Assembly (NCBI GenBank): GCA_040899905.1
Contig: JBBDZX010000005.1
Coordinates: 809,763-873,762, forward strand
DNA length: 64,000 nt
Source of the DNA: Anaerolineales bacterium
GTDB taxonomy: Bacteria; Chloroflexota; Anaerolineae; Anaerolineales; E44-bin32
Direction of reading: 5' to 3'
Part shown: positions 52,101-60,453 of the stretch, piece after piece
Layout of the letters: the number at the start of each line of letters is the position of its first letter
Position numbering within the stretch: the first letter of the stretch is position 1
Program-made: the position numbers and the translations under genes
The notes under the pieces: generated by a model
Told to the model about the DNA's origin: nothing
The model's input: the letters and a program-made list of their open reading frames with translations, nothing else
The model's database searches: none

Positions 52101-52883
52101 GACTATTGCTCGGGGAAGCTGTGGGGGCTGGCGCAGCAGACGCCGGGGATATGGAGCGGCGGGTTGATCGTCGACACGTCGTACTTCGTGTCCTCCTTCG
52201 GCGAGGATGAGGCCGGCGAGCTGTACCTGACCGACTATGCGGGCGGCAGAGTGGTACGAATCCAGGGCTCGGATCCCGCGCCCACCCCGACGCCGACGGC
52301 GACACCGGTGTTCGGCGACGTGCCGGCCTCGCATTGGGCCCACGACTACATCGAGGCCCTCTTCAACACCGGCTACATCGCGGGCTGCTCCGCGGCGCCA
52401 CGCCTGTACTGTCCCAGCAACACCATGCTACGAGCTGAGGGCGCCGTCTTCGTCGTTCGCGGGGTCCGCGGCGGTGGGTTCCTTCCACCGGACCCGGCCT
52501 CGCAGGTCTTCGGCGATGTGCCCTTGAACCAGTGGTACGCACGTTGGGCCAACACCCTCTACTTGGACGGCTACACCGCCGGCTGCAGCGCGAGCCCGCT
52601 GCAATTCTGCCCGCTCCAGGGCCACACCCGGGCCGAGGCCACCGTCTTCTACTTGCGCATGCTCAACGGGCCCACCTACGTCCCGCCTGATCCTTCCACT
52701 GTAGTGTTCACAGACGTCCCCTTAACCGCGTGGTACGCCCGTTGGGTCCACGCCGCCTACGCCGCAGGCCTGCTCCTCCCCTGCCAGACCTCGCCCCTGC
52801 GTTACTGCCCCGATAGCCCCCTCACCCGCGACATCGCTGCCTACATGATGGTCCAGGCCAAGGGCGGCTTGCCTCTCCCCTGA
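49176..52883 (+). CDS. Secreted multidomain protein: carboxypeptidase-regulatory-like, SpoIID/LytB-like, LamG, PT linker, PQQ-dependent sugar dehydrogenase (GSDH) propeller, SLH-like tail
   Basis: Signal-like LFLLLALFALG; YAKHVLPNEW..EALRAGAMAVK..DQVY; WHHVAV; GEQGVLGMAFH, NHNGG, GFRNPWRFSFD, SSFGED; three FxDVP repeats. Start uncertain (ORF open from 49026). Confidence 0.88.
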   Translation: MTSPAAPFGPISTVAPAATKGGVSLRFASLFLLLALFALGSDRLHRGGAAAQGLVAEIQGTVVDRATGSPVAGAGVSIPDLNLTDTTDGAGRFGWSSVGIPQTPYPTTITVQASGYGDWTIVDVRLIADDTLILSVELGPDPVQVLVPPAASDRTSTPAEQLAAAQFDSVTVDQTGLPIPRTIRVRVTGYPYCDTSRPYTVQTLDFAEYAKHVLPNEWVSSWPREALRAGAMAVKMYAWSYVAAGGKWPDADVYDSTCDQVYNPSVAYGSTDRAVDFTFGWRLTRDLGLVRTFYRAHLSQCPGGLGSNCMGQYESRDMALDLYTWDEILLYFYDNSVVSAVSPPPGGWSLRFEGNGYGDLDRIKVQLDSPARPVDVGLTDFTVEWWMKAASGENGSPACTPGGNNWVLGNTVLDRDVSGPGDFGDFGVSLSGGVIAFGVHNGTVGETLCGVTPIANGAWHHVAVTRRASDGWMALYVDGALDREVDGPDGDLSYRDGRPSGLPNDPFLVIGAEKHDTNPSANPSFRGWLDEIRFSTVVRYAGPYATPSGPFTSDGDTAALFHFNEGFGNTIGDGAGAAGGPSQGLRVYGGIVNGPEWTSDSPWYVAPTPTATLVPTATAGGATATPTPTRTPTSTNTASPTPTRTNTPSLTPTATATSVTLTPTPMLPGDVAPGLNFQTVASGFTEPLFVTHAGDQSGRLFVVQRSGLVRIISPSGAIVSPAFLDLSSLITKSGSEQGVLGMAFHSDYVNNGLFYVTYNNTGGAITLARYRVWADNPDRADASSGTVLLSIPKPYTNHNGGMIAFGDDGMLYMSTGDGGGGGDPLGSGQSPTTLLGKILRLDVDTASPYAVPIDNPFYNDPNPAVREEIWDYGFRNPWRFSFDRSTGDLWIGDVGQGNREEIDFEPSASAGGLNYGWNVMEGTSCYSPSSGCDMSGKVLPVIDYNTHDTGNCAVTGGYIYRGSRYPSLWGVYFYADYCSGKLWGLAQQTPGIWSGGLIVDTSYFVSSFGEDEAGELYLTDYAGGRVVRIQGSDPAPTPTPTATPVFGDVPASHWAHDYIEALFNTGYIAGCSAAPRLYCPSNTMLRAEGAVFVVRGVRGGGFLPPDPASQVFGDVPLNQWYARWANTLYLDGYTAGCSASPLQFCPLQGHTRAEATVFYLRMLNGPTYVPPDPSTVVFTDVPLTAWYARWVHAAYAAGLLLPCQTSPLRYCPDSPLTRDIAAYMMVQAKGGLPLP
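52283..52880 (+). repeat. Copy 1 of a ~600-bp direct repeat encoding the SLH-like anchor
   Basis: 52401-52837 is identical by eye to 55644-56080 (offset 3243); the flanks carry scattered substitutions. Confidence 0.92.
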
Positions 52884-53063
52884 TTTTCTCGGAGACATCT
52901 AGGGCCAGGCAGTACAAAAGGAACCTAGGAAGCAGCCAGGCTCAGCGATACCCTCCCGCTGTGGCGGCACGGATCTTGTAGCCGAGACCCTCTCAAGGAG
53001 GAGACGCCGGCTTGATGAGCGGGGCGCCTCCTCCTAATTCTCTCGGGTTAGGAAAGGGTCAAA

Positions 53064-56000
53064 TTGCCAGCTGAGAGGTCGATCGTGCGAAATGCGATGC
53101 TGGCCGTGGCCCTGGGCGCGGCGGCGTTCATCCCTTTTGACACCTCGCACGATTTCCAGCATGGCCCTACCTCGGTCCATCCCGCCGAGTCCTTCGAACT
53201 GATCGAGCATGGCCCACATGGGGCGGGCGGCTCCGCGTCAGGGGCAGTGGACTGGACGCGACAAGCGCGCCTGATCTCCGCCGGCGTCAGCTATGGACGT
53301 ACCCTGCCCCTGCTCCCTTGGCAGGGAGGCGCGCCGGCCCCGTGGATGCCTTTCGGGTCAGGCGCTGAGCGCCTACTTGGCGCGTTGTCGATTCAGACCA
53401 GCGATCCGGCGCCCCTGATCTCCGATGGCGAGTTCGTGTGGGGTCCGAACGTCGGCCGATTCAACGCCGCGGCTTTCCTTCGCGAGCAAGACTCCGCGCT
53501 CGAGCCCTATGCCAGCGCGCTCGAACTCTGGGCTGCCTATTCCTCGGTCAGCCCGCGCGTCCTCCTCACCGTGTTGGAACTGCAGTATGGGTGGGTGACG
53601 GGTGGAGGATCGCCGGCCGACGAGGCCGAGGTCATGGCCGCGCTGGAAGATACATCCACGGCGTTGGCGAATGCGTTTTACGATCACCTGCACACTTGGG
53701 GCGCACGAGCCACCTCGCCGGAGGTTCTCGGGCCGGTCGTCGAATTCGCCGACGGCACGGCGGCTACGGTCGACCCCGAGAGCTCCGGGTCGTACGCCGT
53801 CTCCGCCGCACTGGCGCGGCCGGCGACCCTCGGGTTGTGGCAGGCGCAAGTCTCCGCCGACTCCGAGGAGGGATTCTCCGCGGTCTACGGGTCGCTATTT
53901 CCGGGTTCCGACCCTTTGAGTGAATCCAACCTGATTACTCCAGCGGCGGTCCCGCCGGACAACCTGCTCCAGTTCCCGTTTCCACTGGGGGCCGTGTGGG
54001 GATTCGCGGGGCCGCACAGCTGGAACGGAAACAGCACACCCCCGTTCTCATCCTTGGACTTCTACGCCGGCGGCTCGACGTGCGCCGCCCCGCCGGGTCT
54101 CTTCACCGTGGCGGCCGCCGGCGGGACCCCCTACCGCCCCTTCGGGTATTCATGCTGGCTCGAGATCGATCACGGGGCCGGCTGGACGACCAGCTACTAT
54201 CATCTGCTGAACCTCTTCAGCGGCTCGACCATCGGCCGCAACAGCAAGGTTGGGACGATCGCCTGCGAGCTGTGCGCGGGTGGGTTCGCGACGGGCGCGC
54301 ACGTGCACTTCAGTCTCAAGTACAACGGCGCATACGTCACTCTGGAGGGGGTGAAACTTTCGGGCTGGACGGTCCACGTCGGCCCGGTGGCATATGACAC
54401 CGGCTCGCTCGAGAGGGACGGCTCCAGTCTGCCGCCCTTCACCAACGTCCTGAACGACTACCAGCAGTATTACTGGGTGGCCGATTTCTCGGCGCGGTTC
54501 CATGGCAACGGGACCGGCGACATCGACCGCTTCAAGATCCGCATGACCGACCTGATCAGCGGCGGCAACGGGCCGCCTGCCGATGTCGGCGCCAACGATT
54601 TCACCCTCGAGTGGTGGATGAAGGCGCTCCCCGGGGAGGACCAGGCCCCCGCCGTGACCTGCGGGGCCAATTTGAACTGGATCTACGGCAACACGCTGGT
54701 CGATCGCGACCGCTTCAATCAGGACCGCAAGTACGGCGTCTCTCTCGCCGACGGCCGGATCGTGTTCGGCGTCAGCGGCGATGGGACGGGGGACATCACC
54801 CTTTGCGGCACGACGGACCTGCGGGATGGAACCTGGCATCACGTGGCCGTCGAGCGCCGCCGGAGCGACGGGTTCCTATGGGTCTTCGTCGACGGACAGT
54901 TGCAGGCTTCCAGCGATGGCCCGGACGGCGACATCAGCTATCCGGAGGGCGCGGTCCCCGGCTCATTCTGCGGACCGACAGGCGACCAGCCCTGCGTCAA
55001 CGATCCTTTCCTGGTCCTGGGCGCGGAGAAGCACGACGCCGGATCCCAGTATCCTTCGTATTCGGGCTGGATGGACGAGTTCCGGATCTCCAGCATCCTT
55101 CGCTACAGCGGCGCCTACACCCTGCCGACGTCACCCTTCGCCGACGATCCCAGCACGCTGGCGCTTTTCCACTTCGATGAAGGCGGCGGCAACACCGCCT
55201 ATGACGTTTCGGGCTATCCGGGCGGCCCGAGCAACGCCGCGCTGCGCGTCGGAGGCAGTCCGGTGGGGCCCGAGTGGTCGAACGACACACCTTTCGGACC
55301 ACCCGTCGCCACCCCGACGCCGACCTCGACCGGGACGATCACCCCCACTGTCACCTCCACGCGGACGGCGACCCCCACGCGTACGCCAACCTCCACGGTG
55401 ACGCCCACAGCAACACGAACCCCAACTCGGACACCGACACCGACCGTCACGCCGACGGTGACGCGGACGCCGACTCCTTCGGCCACGATTACGTCAACCG
55501 CGACGGTGACAAACACATCCACCGTCACCCCGACGCCGACGGCGACACCGGTGTTCGGCGACGTGCCGGCTTCGCATTGGGCCCACGCCTACATCGAAGC
55601 CCTCTTCAACGCCGGCTATATCGCAGGCTGCTCCGCCACGCCGCGCCTGTACTGTCCCAGCAACACCATGCTACGAGCTGAGGGCGCCGTCTTCGTCGTT
55701 CGCGGGGTCCGCGGCGGTGGGTTCCTTCCACCGGACCCGGCCTCGCAGGTCTTCGGCGATGTGCCCTTGAACCAGTGGTACGCACGTTGGGCCAACACCC
55801 TCTACTTGGACGGCTACACCGCCGGCTGCAGCGCGAGCCCGCTGCAATTCTGCCCGCTCCAGGGCCACACCCGGGCCGAGGCCACCGTCTTCTACTTGCG
55901 CATGCTCAACGGGCCCACCTACGTCCCGCCTGATCCTTCCACTGTAGTGTTCACAGACGTCCCCTTAACCGCGTGGTACGCCCGTTGGGTCCACGCCGCC

Positions 56001-56126
56001 TACGCCGCAGGCCTGCTCCTCCCCTGCCAGACCTCGCCCCTGCGTTACTGCCCCGATAGCCCCCTCACCCGCGACATCGCCGCCTACATGATGGTCCAGG
56101 CCAAGGGCGGTCTGCCCCTACCGTAG
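53064..56126 (+). CDS. LasA/beta-lytic-type M23 peptidase with LamG, PT linker and SLH-like tail
   Basis: Propeptide [19 protein letters not shown]; [19 protein letters not shown] and HVHFSL motifs; AGGAAAGGG RBS before TTG. Confidence 0.88.
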   Translation: MPAERSIVRNAMLAVALGAAAFIPFDTSHDFQHGPTSVHPAESFELIEHGPHGAGGSASGAVDWTRQARLISAGVSYGRTLPLLPWQGGAPAPWMPFGSGAERLLGALSIQTSDPAPLISDGEFVWGPNVGRFNAAAFLREQDSALEPYASALELWAAYSSVSPRVLLTVLELQYGWVTGGGSPADEAEVMAALEDTSTALANAFYDHLHTWGARATSPEVLGPVVEFADGTAATVDPESSGSYAVSAALARPATLGLWQAQVSADSEEGFSAVYGSLFPGSDPLSESNLITPAAVPPDNLLQFPFPLGAVWGFAGPHSWNGNSTPPFSSLDFYAGGSTCAAPPGLFTVAAAGGTPYRPFGYSCWLEIDHGAGWTTSYYHLLNLFSGSTIGRNSKVGTIACELCAGGFATGAHVHFSLKYNGAYVTLEGVKLSGWTVHVGPVAYDTGSLERDGSSLPPFTNVLNDYQQYYWVADFSARFHGNGTGDIDRFKIRMTDLISGGNGPPADVGANDFTLEWWMKALPGEDQAPAVTCGANLNWIYGNTLVDRDRFNQDRKYGVSLADGRIVFGVSGDGTGDITLCGTTDLRDGTWHHVAVERRRSDGFLWVFVDGQLQASSDGPDGDISYPEGAVPGSFCGPTGDQPCVNDPFLVLGAEKHDAGSQYPSYSGWMDEFRISSILRYSGAYTLPTSPFADDPSTLALFHFDEGGGNTAYDVSGYPGGPSNAALRVGGSPVGPEWSNDTPFGPPVATPTPTSTGTITPTVTSTRTATPTRTPTSTVTPTATRTPTRTPTPTVTPTVTRTPTPSATITSTATVTNTSTVTPTPTATPVFGDVPASHWAHAYIEALFNAGYIAGCSATPRLYCPSNTMLRAEGAVFVVRGVRGGGFLPPDPASQVFGDVPLNQWYARWANTLYLDGYTAGCSASPLQFCPLQGHTRAEATVFYLRMLNGPTYVPPDPSTVVFTDVPLTAWYARWVHAAYAAGLLLPCQTSPLRYCPDSPLTRDIAAYMMVQAKGGLPLP
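55526..56123 (+). repeat. Copy 2 of the SLH-like anchor repeat
   Basis: See copy 1. Confidence 0.92.
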
Positions 56127-56150
56127 CCTTGGGAAGTCGGTCACGTCGGA

Positions 56151-56179
56151 TTGACATAGCGACCGGCGGGGGATACGCT
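56151..56179 (+). promoter_or_regulatory. Sigma70-type promoter
   Basis: TTGACA-17bp-TACGCT. Confidence 0.55.
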
Positions 56180-56185
56180 TTTTGT

Positions 56186-56377
56186 TGGTAGCGGGTCTCG
56201 AACTTGGCGGGACCGGCAAGGCAGGTTGGTCTCCTCTCCCGTGGGTCGTCCCCCTCTTTGTGAACCTGGGCCGAGAACGTCCCAGGGCCTGAACGGCGTA
56301 CGGGCTCGCAAGGTGAGCCGGTATGGGAATCCCCTGTCCGGACCCTCACTTGGCCGCCTGCGGGTGCCCGTTTTTTT
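56186..56377 (+). ncRNA. Candidate ~190-nt structured RNA (6S-sized) or leader
   Basis: Upstream promoter, 5'/3' end pairing, internal hairpins, and a T7 run at the end. Confidence 0.4.
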
Positions 56378-56819
56378 CGCCGCCCTGCTGACATCTTGTG
56401 CCAGCCCCGCGAGTCCCGCCGCGACTCCGCCACTCCCCCCGGCGTCCACCGAGGACGCATGTGGTGCGGACCAACCGTGGAGTGCGCACCTCACGATTTC
56501 AGGCGGCTTTGCAGGCATCCAGCAGACCGTTGCGTTGGATGCAGGCGGGGCGATGACCGCGACCGATGCGCAGGACGGATCTTCACGAACGCGTGTCCTG
56601 CCATCGGATGAGCTCCAGGGGTTGAGATCCCTCCTGGCTTCGGCCTGCCCCTTCCCCGAACCTGGGCCGCTGCCCTCGTGTGCGGACTGTTTCCAGTTTC
56701 AGCTTGAGGTTTCCTATCGATCCGATATCGCCCGGGTGGAGTTCAACGACATTTCGCTCAGCGGGTCGGAGTATGACGAGCTGATCCGTGAGCTGATCGA
56801 ACTTGGGGGGAGTACCTAG
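56313..56819 (+). CDS. Lipoprotein with an emfourin (protealysin inhibitor)-like domain
   Basis: Lipobox LTSC; ISGGFAGI...ADCFQFQLEV. Start uncertain (GTG 56313 or 56364). Confidence 0.7.
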   Translation: MSRYGNPLSGPSLGRLRVPVFFAALLTSCASPASPAATPPLPPASTEDACGADQPWSAHLTISGGFAGIQQTVALDAGGAMTATDAQDGSSRTRVLPSDELQGLRSLLASACPFPEPGPLPSCADCFQFQLEVSYRSDIARVEFNDISLSGSEYDELIRELIELGGST

Positions 56820-56875
56820 CTCGCGAGCGAAAGCATGGGACGAGGGGGCTCAAGACGGTCCACCCTCCACCGGGC

Positions 56876-58810
56876 CTACGGCTCGGTGGGCCGAGGTGTG
56901 AGATAGAGCCGCAAGACGGTGCGGCCTGAGCCCGCGTAACTCTCCGCAATCGCCAACACGAAGTTGTCGTCCAGCCATTCAACCTTTCGGCCCAGCGCGA
57001 AATCAGGAGCATCGCTGCTACCGAGGTACCAGACCCGCGGCGTCTTCATGGAAAGCTCTTGAAACAGGTCGATCGCCGCGGTTGTGGCGGGGCTCGGGGC
57101 GGTCCCTACCGGATCTGAGACGGCGGAAATCTCAAAGGGCAGGGAATACCACACGTTGGCCGAGTGCCACGAATTCATCATGAACGACCACAGCGGGGTC
57201 GCGTACGAATCCACCACAACCACATCTCCGGGTTGGATGTCCTGTTCCAACCGGGTCACCGCGTCCTGAAAATCGATCCGGTACGCGCCGTGGACGGGAT
57301 CCCGCGCCAACGCCTGAGGCAGGACGAAGGGGCTGGCGGCCAGGGCGAGCAGTCCTGCTCCGAGTCCTAGCCGTCGCATCCGCACCCCTGCCGGGGCCCA
57401 CTTGACAGCGTGGAGCATTGGCACCGCGGAACCCAGGAGGGCAGCGATGACGGGCACGACCCAAGGCTCTGGATGGCCGAAACGAATCGTTCGGATCCAC
57501 GCCGGCAGCAGGGCCGCGGGATCGGCGAGATCGCGGACCGCGTACGGCACCACCAGGAAACGGAGATCCCATGCGAATCCGGGTTGACCCGGATTAAGGC
57601 CGGCTCGAATCCACTGCGAGTACGCGCTCCACCAGCCCGTCCACGCCCCCGCGAGACTCACGACGAAGCCAACGCCCAGAACGCTCCAGAGAATGCCAAT
57701 CCGCGCCCTCCCGCCAGCCAGAAGTCGCTCCACGGCCGGGGCGAGAAGGACAACCAATGGAGGCAGAGCCGGAAGCATGAACCGCAGCCCCCATCCCGAA
57801 GCCTCCGCCCACCTCTCGCGATAGAAGAGCGCCTGGACCGCCGCCAGACCCAGGACCGCCAGGACTCCCGGGAGGGCGAATCGAAGGTGCTTCGGCCAAT
57901 CGCGGACCGCCAGTGGCAGAAGCAAGAGCGCCGGACTGAACAGGAAAATACTCTTGGCGGGACTCAGAAAAGGCCCCAGGAAAGCAGGAATCAGGTCGCT
58001 CTGAACGCTCTCAAGAAAGAAACGGCCGAGTGAGACGTAGTACTCCCATCGATATCGAGCCAGGAATTCCGGCTTCGGGACCACAAGGAGCGCGATCGCG
58101 CCGGCGAGTACGCCAGCGGACACCCACAAGACCTGTCGCCGAACTCCTCGGGCCCCTCCCTGCCTCCAGATCGCCAAGCCAACAGCGGAGATGGCGAAAG
58201 CCGGGAGGAGGACCAAGACCGTGTTCTTCGACAGGACCCCTGCGCCGATCCCGACGATCCAGGTGATCGCCCCGGTTCGGAACCGGCCCGGCTGCCCGCC
58301 GGTCATCCACGTCCATCCCAGGAAGGCCAGCGTGGTGAAGAACATGGCCAGTGGATCCCGAAAGAAGGTCGTCGAGTACGGGAAGGCCATCGTCGCCAGC
58401 CCGAAAAGGGCTGTGCACCAGAGCGCGACCGGGCGGCCGAACCCGAGGGCGAGGACATTCCAGCCGATCAGGCCAGCGGTTCCAACGGTGAAGAACAGAT
58501 TGAGGAGAAAGAGTGTTTGGGTTGAACCTGCCGCCGTGAACGAGGTAATGCGGAGAAGAACTGATCCGACGACGGTTTGCAAGGGCTCGATGGCGGTGGC
58601 CGGCTCGCCCATGGCCATCAGGGCCCGAACCCGATCATTACCATAGACCTGCGACTCGCCGGGCTGGCCCCATAGCGCCAAGCTTTCCGCCCGCGCGGCC
58701 AGGATGTGCTCGTCATCGAGACGAAAAATACTTGCGTAGCTCAGGATGTAGATTGCGAAGAGGCCGGCCAGGAGGCGCACGCCGGACGTGGTGCCGCGAT
58801 CCGCGCTCAC
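56876..58810 (-). CDS. Polytopic GT-C-fold glycosyltransferase-like membrane protein
   Basis: N-terminal DDE acidic motif after TM1; many TM helices; SPAKSIFLFSP and WGLRFMLPALP; start GTG 58810. Confidence 0.75.
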   Translation of the reverse strand: MSADRGTTSGVRLLAGLFAIYILSYASIFRLDDEHILAARAESLALWGQPGESQVYGNDRVRALMAMGEPATAIEPLQTVVGSVLLRITSFTAAGSTQTLFLLNLFFTVGTAGLIGWNVLALGFGRPVALWCTALFGLATMAFPYSTTFFRDPLAMFFTTLAFLGWTWMTGGQPGRFRTGAITWIVGIGAGVLSKNTVLVLLPAFAISAVGLAIWRQGGARGVRRQVLWVSAGVLAGAIALLVVPKPEFLARYRWEYYVSLGRFFLESVQSDLIPAFLGPFLSPAKSIFLFSPALLLLPLAVRDWPKHLRFALPGVLAVLGLAAVQALFYRERWAEASGWGLRFMLPALPPLVVLLAPAVERLLAGGRARIGILWSVLGVGFVVSLAGAWTGWWSAYSQWIRAGLNPGQPGFAWDLRFLVVPYAVRDLADPAALLPAWIRTIRFGHPEPWVVPVIAALLGSAVPMLHAVKWAPAGVRMRRLGLGAGLLALAASPFVLPQALARDPVHGAYRIDFQDAVTRLEQDIQPGDVVVVDSYATPLWSFMMNSWHSANVWYSLPFEISAVSDPVGTAPSPATTAAIDLFQELSMKTPRVWYLGSSDAPDFALGRKVEWLDDNFVLAIAESYAGSGRTVLRLYLTPRPTEP

Positions 58811-58811
58811 C

Positions 58812-59948
58812 TCAATCGACGATCCATCCTCGGAGAGGCTCTTCGGGGACCCACCTCGGCGTGCGCACCCAACTGCCATCGGAGGTCACTGCGACCACCG
58901 CGCTGCGTATCCACAAGGCCAGGTAGCGCGGGATCTGGACGGCGAGGCGGGCTCCGCGTTTCGGTCCAAGGAATGCCCATAAACCCATCGCGGTGGTGAC
59001 GATCTCCGTCATCGCCACGGCCATCAAGGTGCCGGCCAGGAGCCAGGTTGCGTCGCCTCGATGAACCGCCGCGCTCAGCGCCGCGCCGGCGAGGAGCACC
59101 TTCACGGGCACGAAGAACACCCGAGGCTTGAGCAAGATGGAGGACAAGAGCGACCAGCCGGCAGGACCCCGGAGAACAAGACGAATTAGCTCCGTGTACC
59201 GGCGCCGGATCAGCTGGCCCTCGCCTCGCAACCACCGCGCCCGCTGGATGCGGGCCGCGGTCGTGGAGTCCGGCTTCGGGTCGAAGACCACGGCCCGGGG
59301 GACGAAACGGATGGGGATGTGATTCGCCGCCAGAAGGACGGTCAATTCCGCGTCCTCGACACACGTCTGCAAGTCCTGGGCAGCCTGTCGGAGCACGGGA
59401 GCCGAGATCGCCATTCCGGTTCCCCGCAACCGGACCGGCCAGCCCAATGCACTCCGGAGCCGGTTGTATAGCCTCTGTTCGATCATGTCGGAAAGTGCCG
59501 CCACCTGGCTCAAGGGATCCCCCGCCGCCAGAGGTTGCACGAAGCCTTGGACCGCGATCGCACCCCGCGCGAACTCATCCCGGATGACATTCGCGAATTC
59601 GGGGTGAGTCCGGCTGTCCGCATCCAGCACGACGACGACCCGCTCTCCCGTCCCCCCCGCCGTCCGTCGCAGCCACCAGCTCAAGGCGAAGCCCTTGCCC
59701 GGAACGCACGCGCCCTGCCGAATGTGCACGCGTGCCCCGTGCCGGGCCGCGATCTGCGCCGTATCGTCGGTACAGTGATCGGCGACGACGTGGATCGTAT
59801 CGCCGGGGGCGAGCAACCCACCGAGGGCCCCGAGGGTCCGAGCCAGGCTCTCCGCCTCGTTCCGCGCCAGGATGACGAAGTCGAGCGGAATGGAGTTCTC
59901 GCTCCGAGGCAGGGCGGCGACCCGCGCCGAACCCACCGCCTGAGTCAC
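58812..59948 (-). CDS. Family 2 glycosyltransferase (cellulose/PNAG synthase-like)
   Basis: ARNEA, VADHCTDDT, GKG.AL, VLDADS, VEDAE and QRARW (QxxRW) motifs; GTGA overlap at the start. Confidence 0.9.
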   Translation of the reverse strand: MTQAVGSARVAALPRSENSIPLDFVILARNEAESLARTLGALGGLLAPGDTIHVVADHCTDDTAQIAARHGARVHIRQGACVPGKGFALSWWLRRTAGGTGERVVVVLDADSRTHPEFANVIRDEFARGAIAVQGFVQPLAAGDPLSQVAALSDMIEQRLYNRLRSALGWPVRLRGTGMAISAPVLRQAAQDLQTCVEDAELTVLLAANHIPIRFVPRAVVFDPKPDSTTAARIQRARWLRGEGQLIRRRYTELIRLVLRGPAGWSLLSSILLKPRVFFVPVKVLLAGAALSAAVHRGDATWLLAGTLMAVAMTEIVTTAMGLWAFLGPKRGARLAVQIPRYLALWIRSAVVAVTSDGSWVRTPRWVPEEPLRGWIVD

Positions 59949-60310
59949 GGACACGGCGTCCCGGGGAATTGGGCGACAAACGTGGCGCACGCTTGGGCGG
60001 CCGACGTGGCGACGAAATCGGGTGTTGGGGTCAGGGTTGTAGTGGGCGTGGCCGTGGCGGCGACCGTTGGAGGCGGCGCGGCGCAGGTGGGACAAACCGG
60101 AAGGAAAGACGGCGTTGCCGGGCAGGTGTTGGTCCCGGGGCACGTCCCACCGCCCAGGCTGACATACCCGGTCGAGTACAGAGCGAGGACGCACAGGGAG
60201 GCCAGCAGAATTCCGATCCCCACGCCGAGCAGTACCGCGACCAACTGATCGCGCTCGGCGCGCAGCCTCTTCATGGAAGTGGGCGTCTTGGGACCGGACG
60301 AACTCGTCAT
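59945..60310 (-). CDS. Small membrane protein with Cys- and Pro/Thr-rich extracellular tail
   Basis: GGAGG RBS; one TM helix; TPTTTLTPTPD; several Cys; coupled to the GT2 gene. Confidence 0.7.
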   Translation of the reverse strand: MTSSSGPKTPTSMKRLRAERDQLVAVLLGVGIGILLASLCVLALYSTGYVSLGGGTCPGTNTCPATPSFLPVCPTCAAPPPTVAATATPTTTLTPTPDFVATSAAQACATFVAQFPGTPCP

Positions 60311-60453
60311 CTCAAGCCTCCGTGTGCGGCGGCGTCGCAGGTCTTCTTCGGGGGCAAGCCCGATCTACCTGGAAGCCCACAAGGCTACCAGATTTCGAGT
60401 CGGGATTTGGTGGACCGGACCATGAGTCCGCTTGCGCATCCGCCCCGACTCCG

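Noticed and set aside
52964-52980. Sigma54-like GGCACG-N4-TTGT upstream of the M23 gene
   Set aside because: The near-invariant -12 GC is GT and the -24 TGG is CGG; no activator is in view.
52283-56123. DGR template/variable repeat pair
   Set aside because: Mismatches are not adenine-specific, both copies are coding, and no reverse transcriptase is present.
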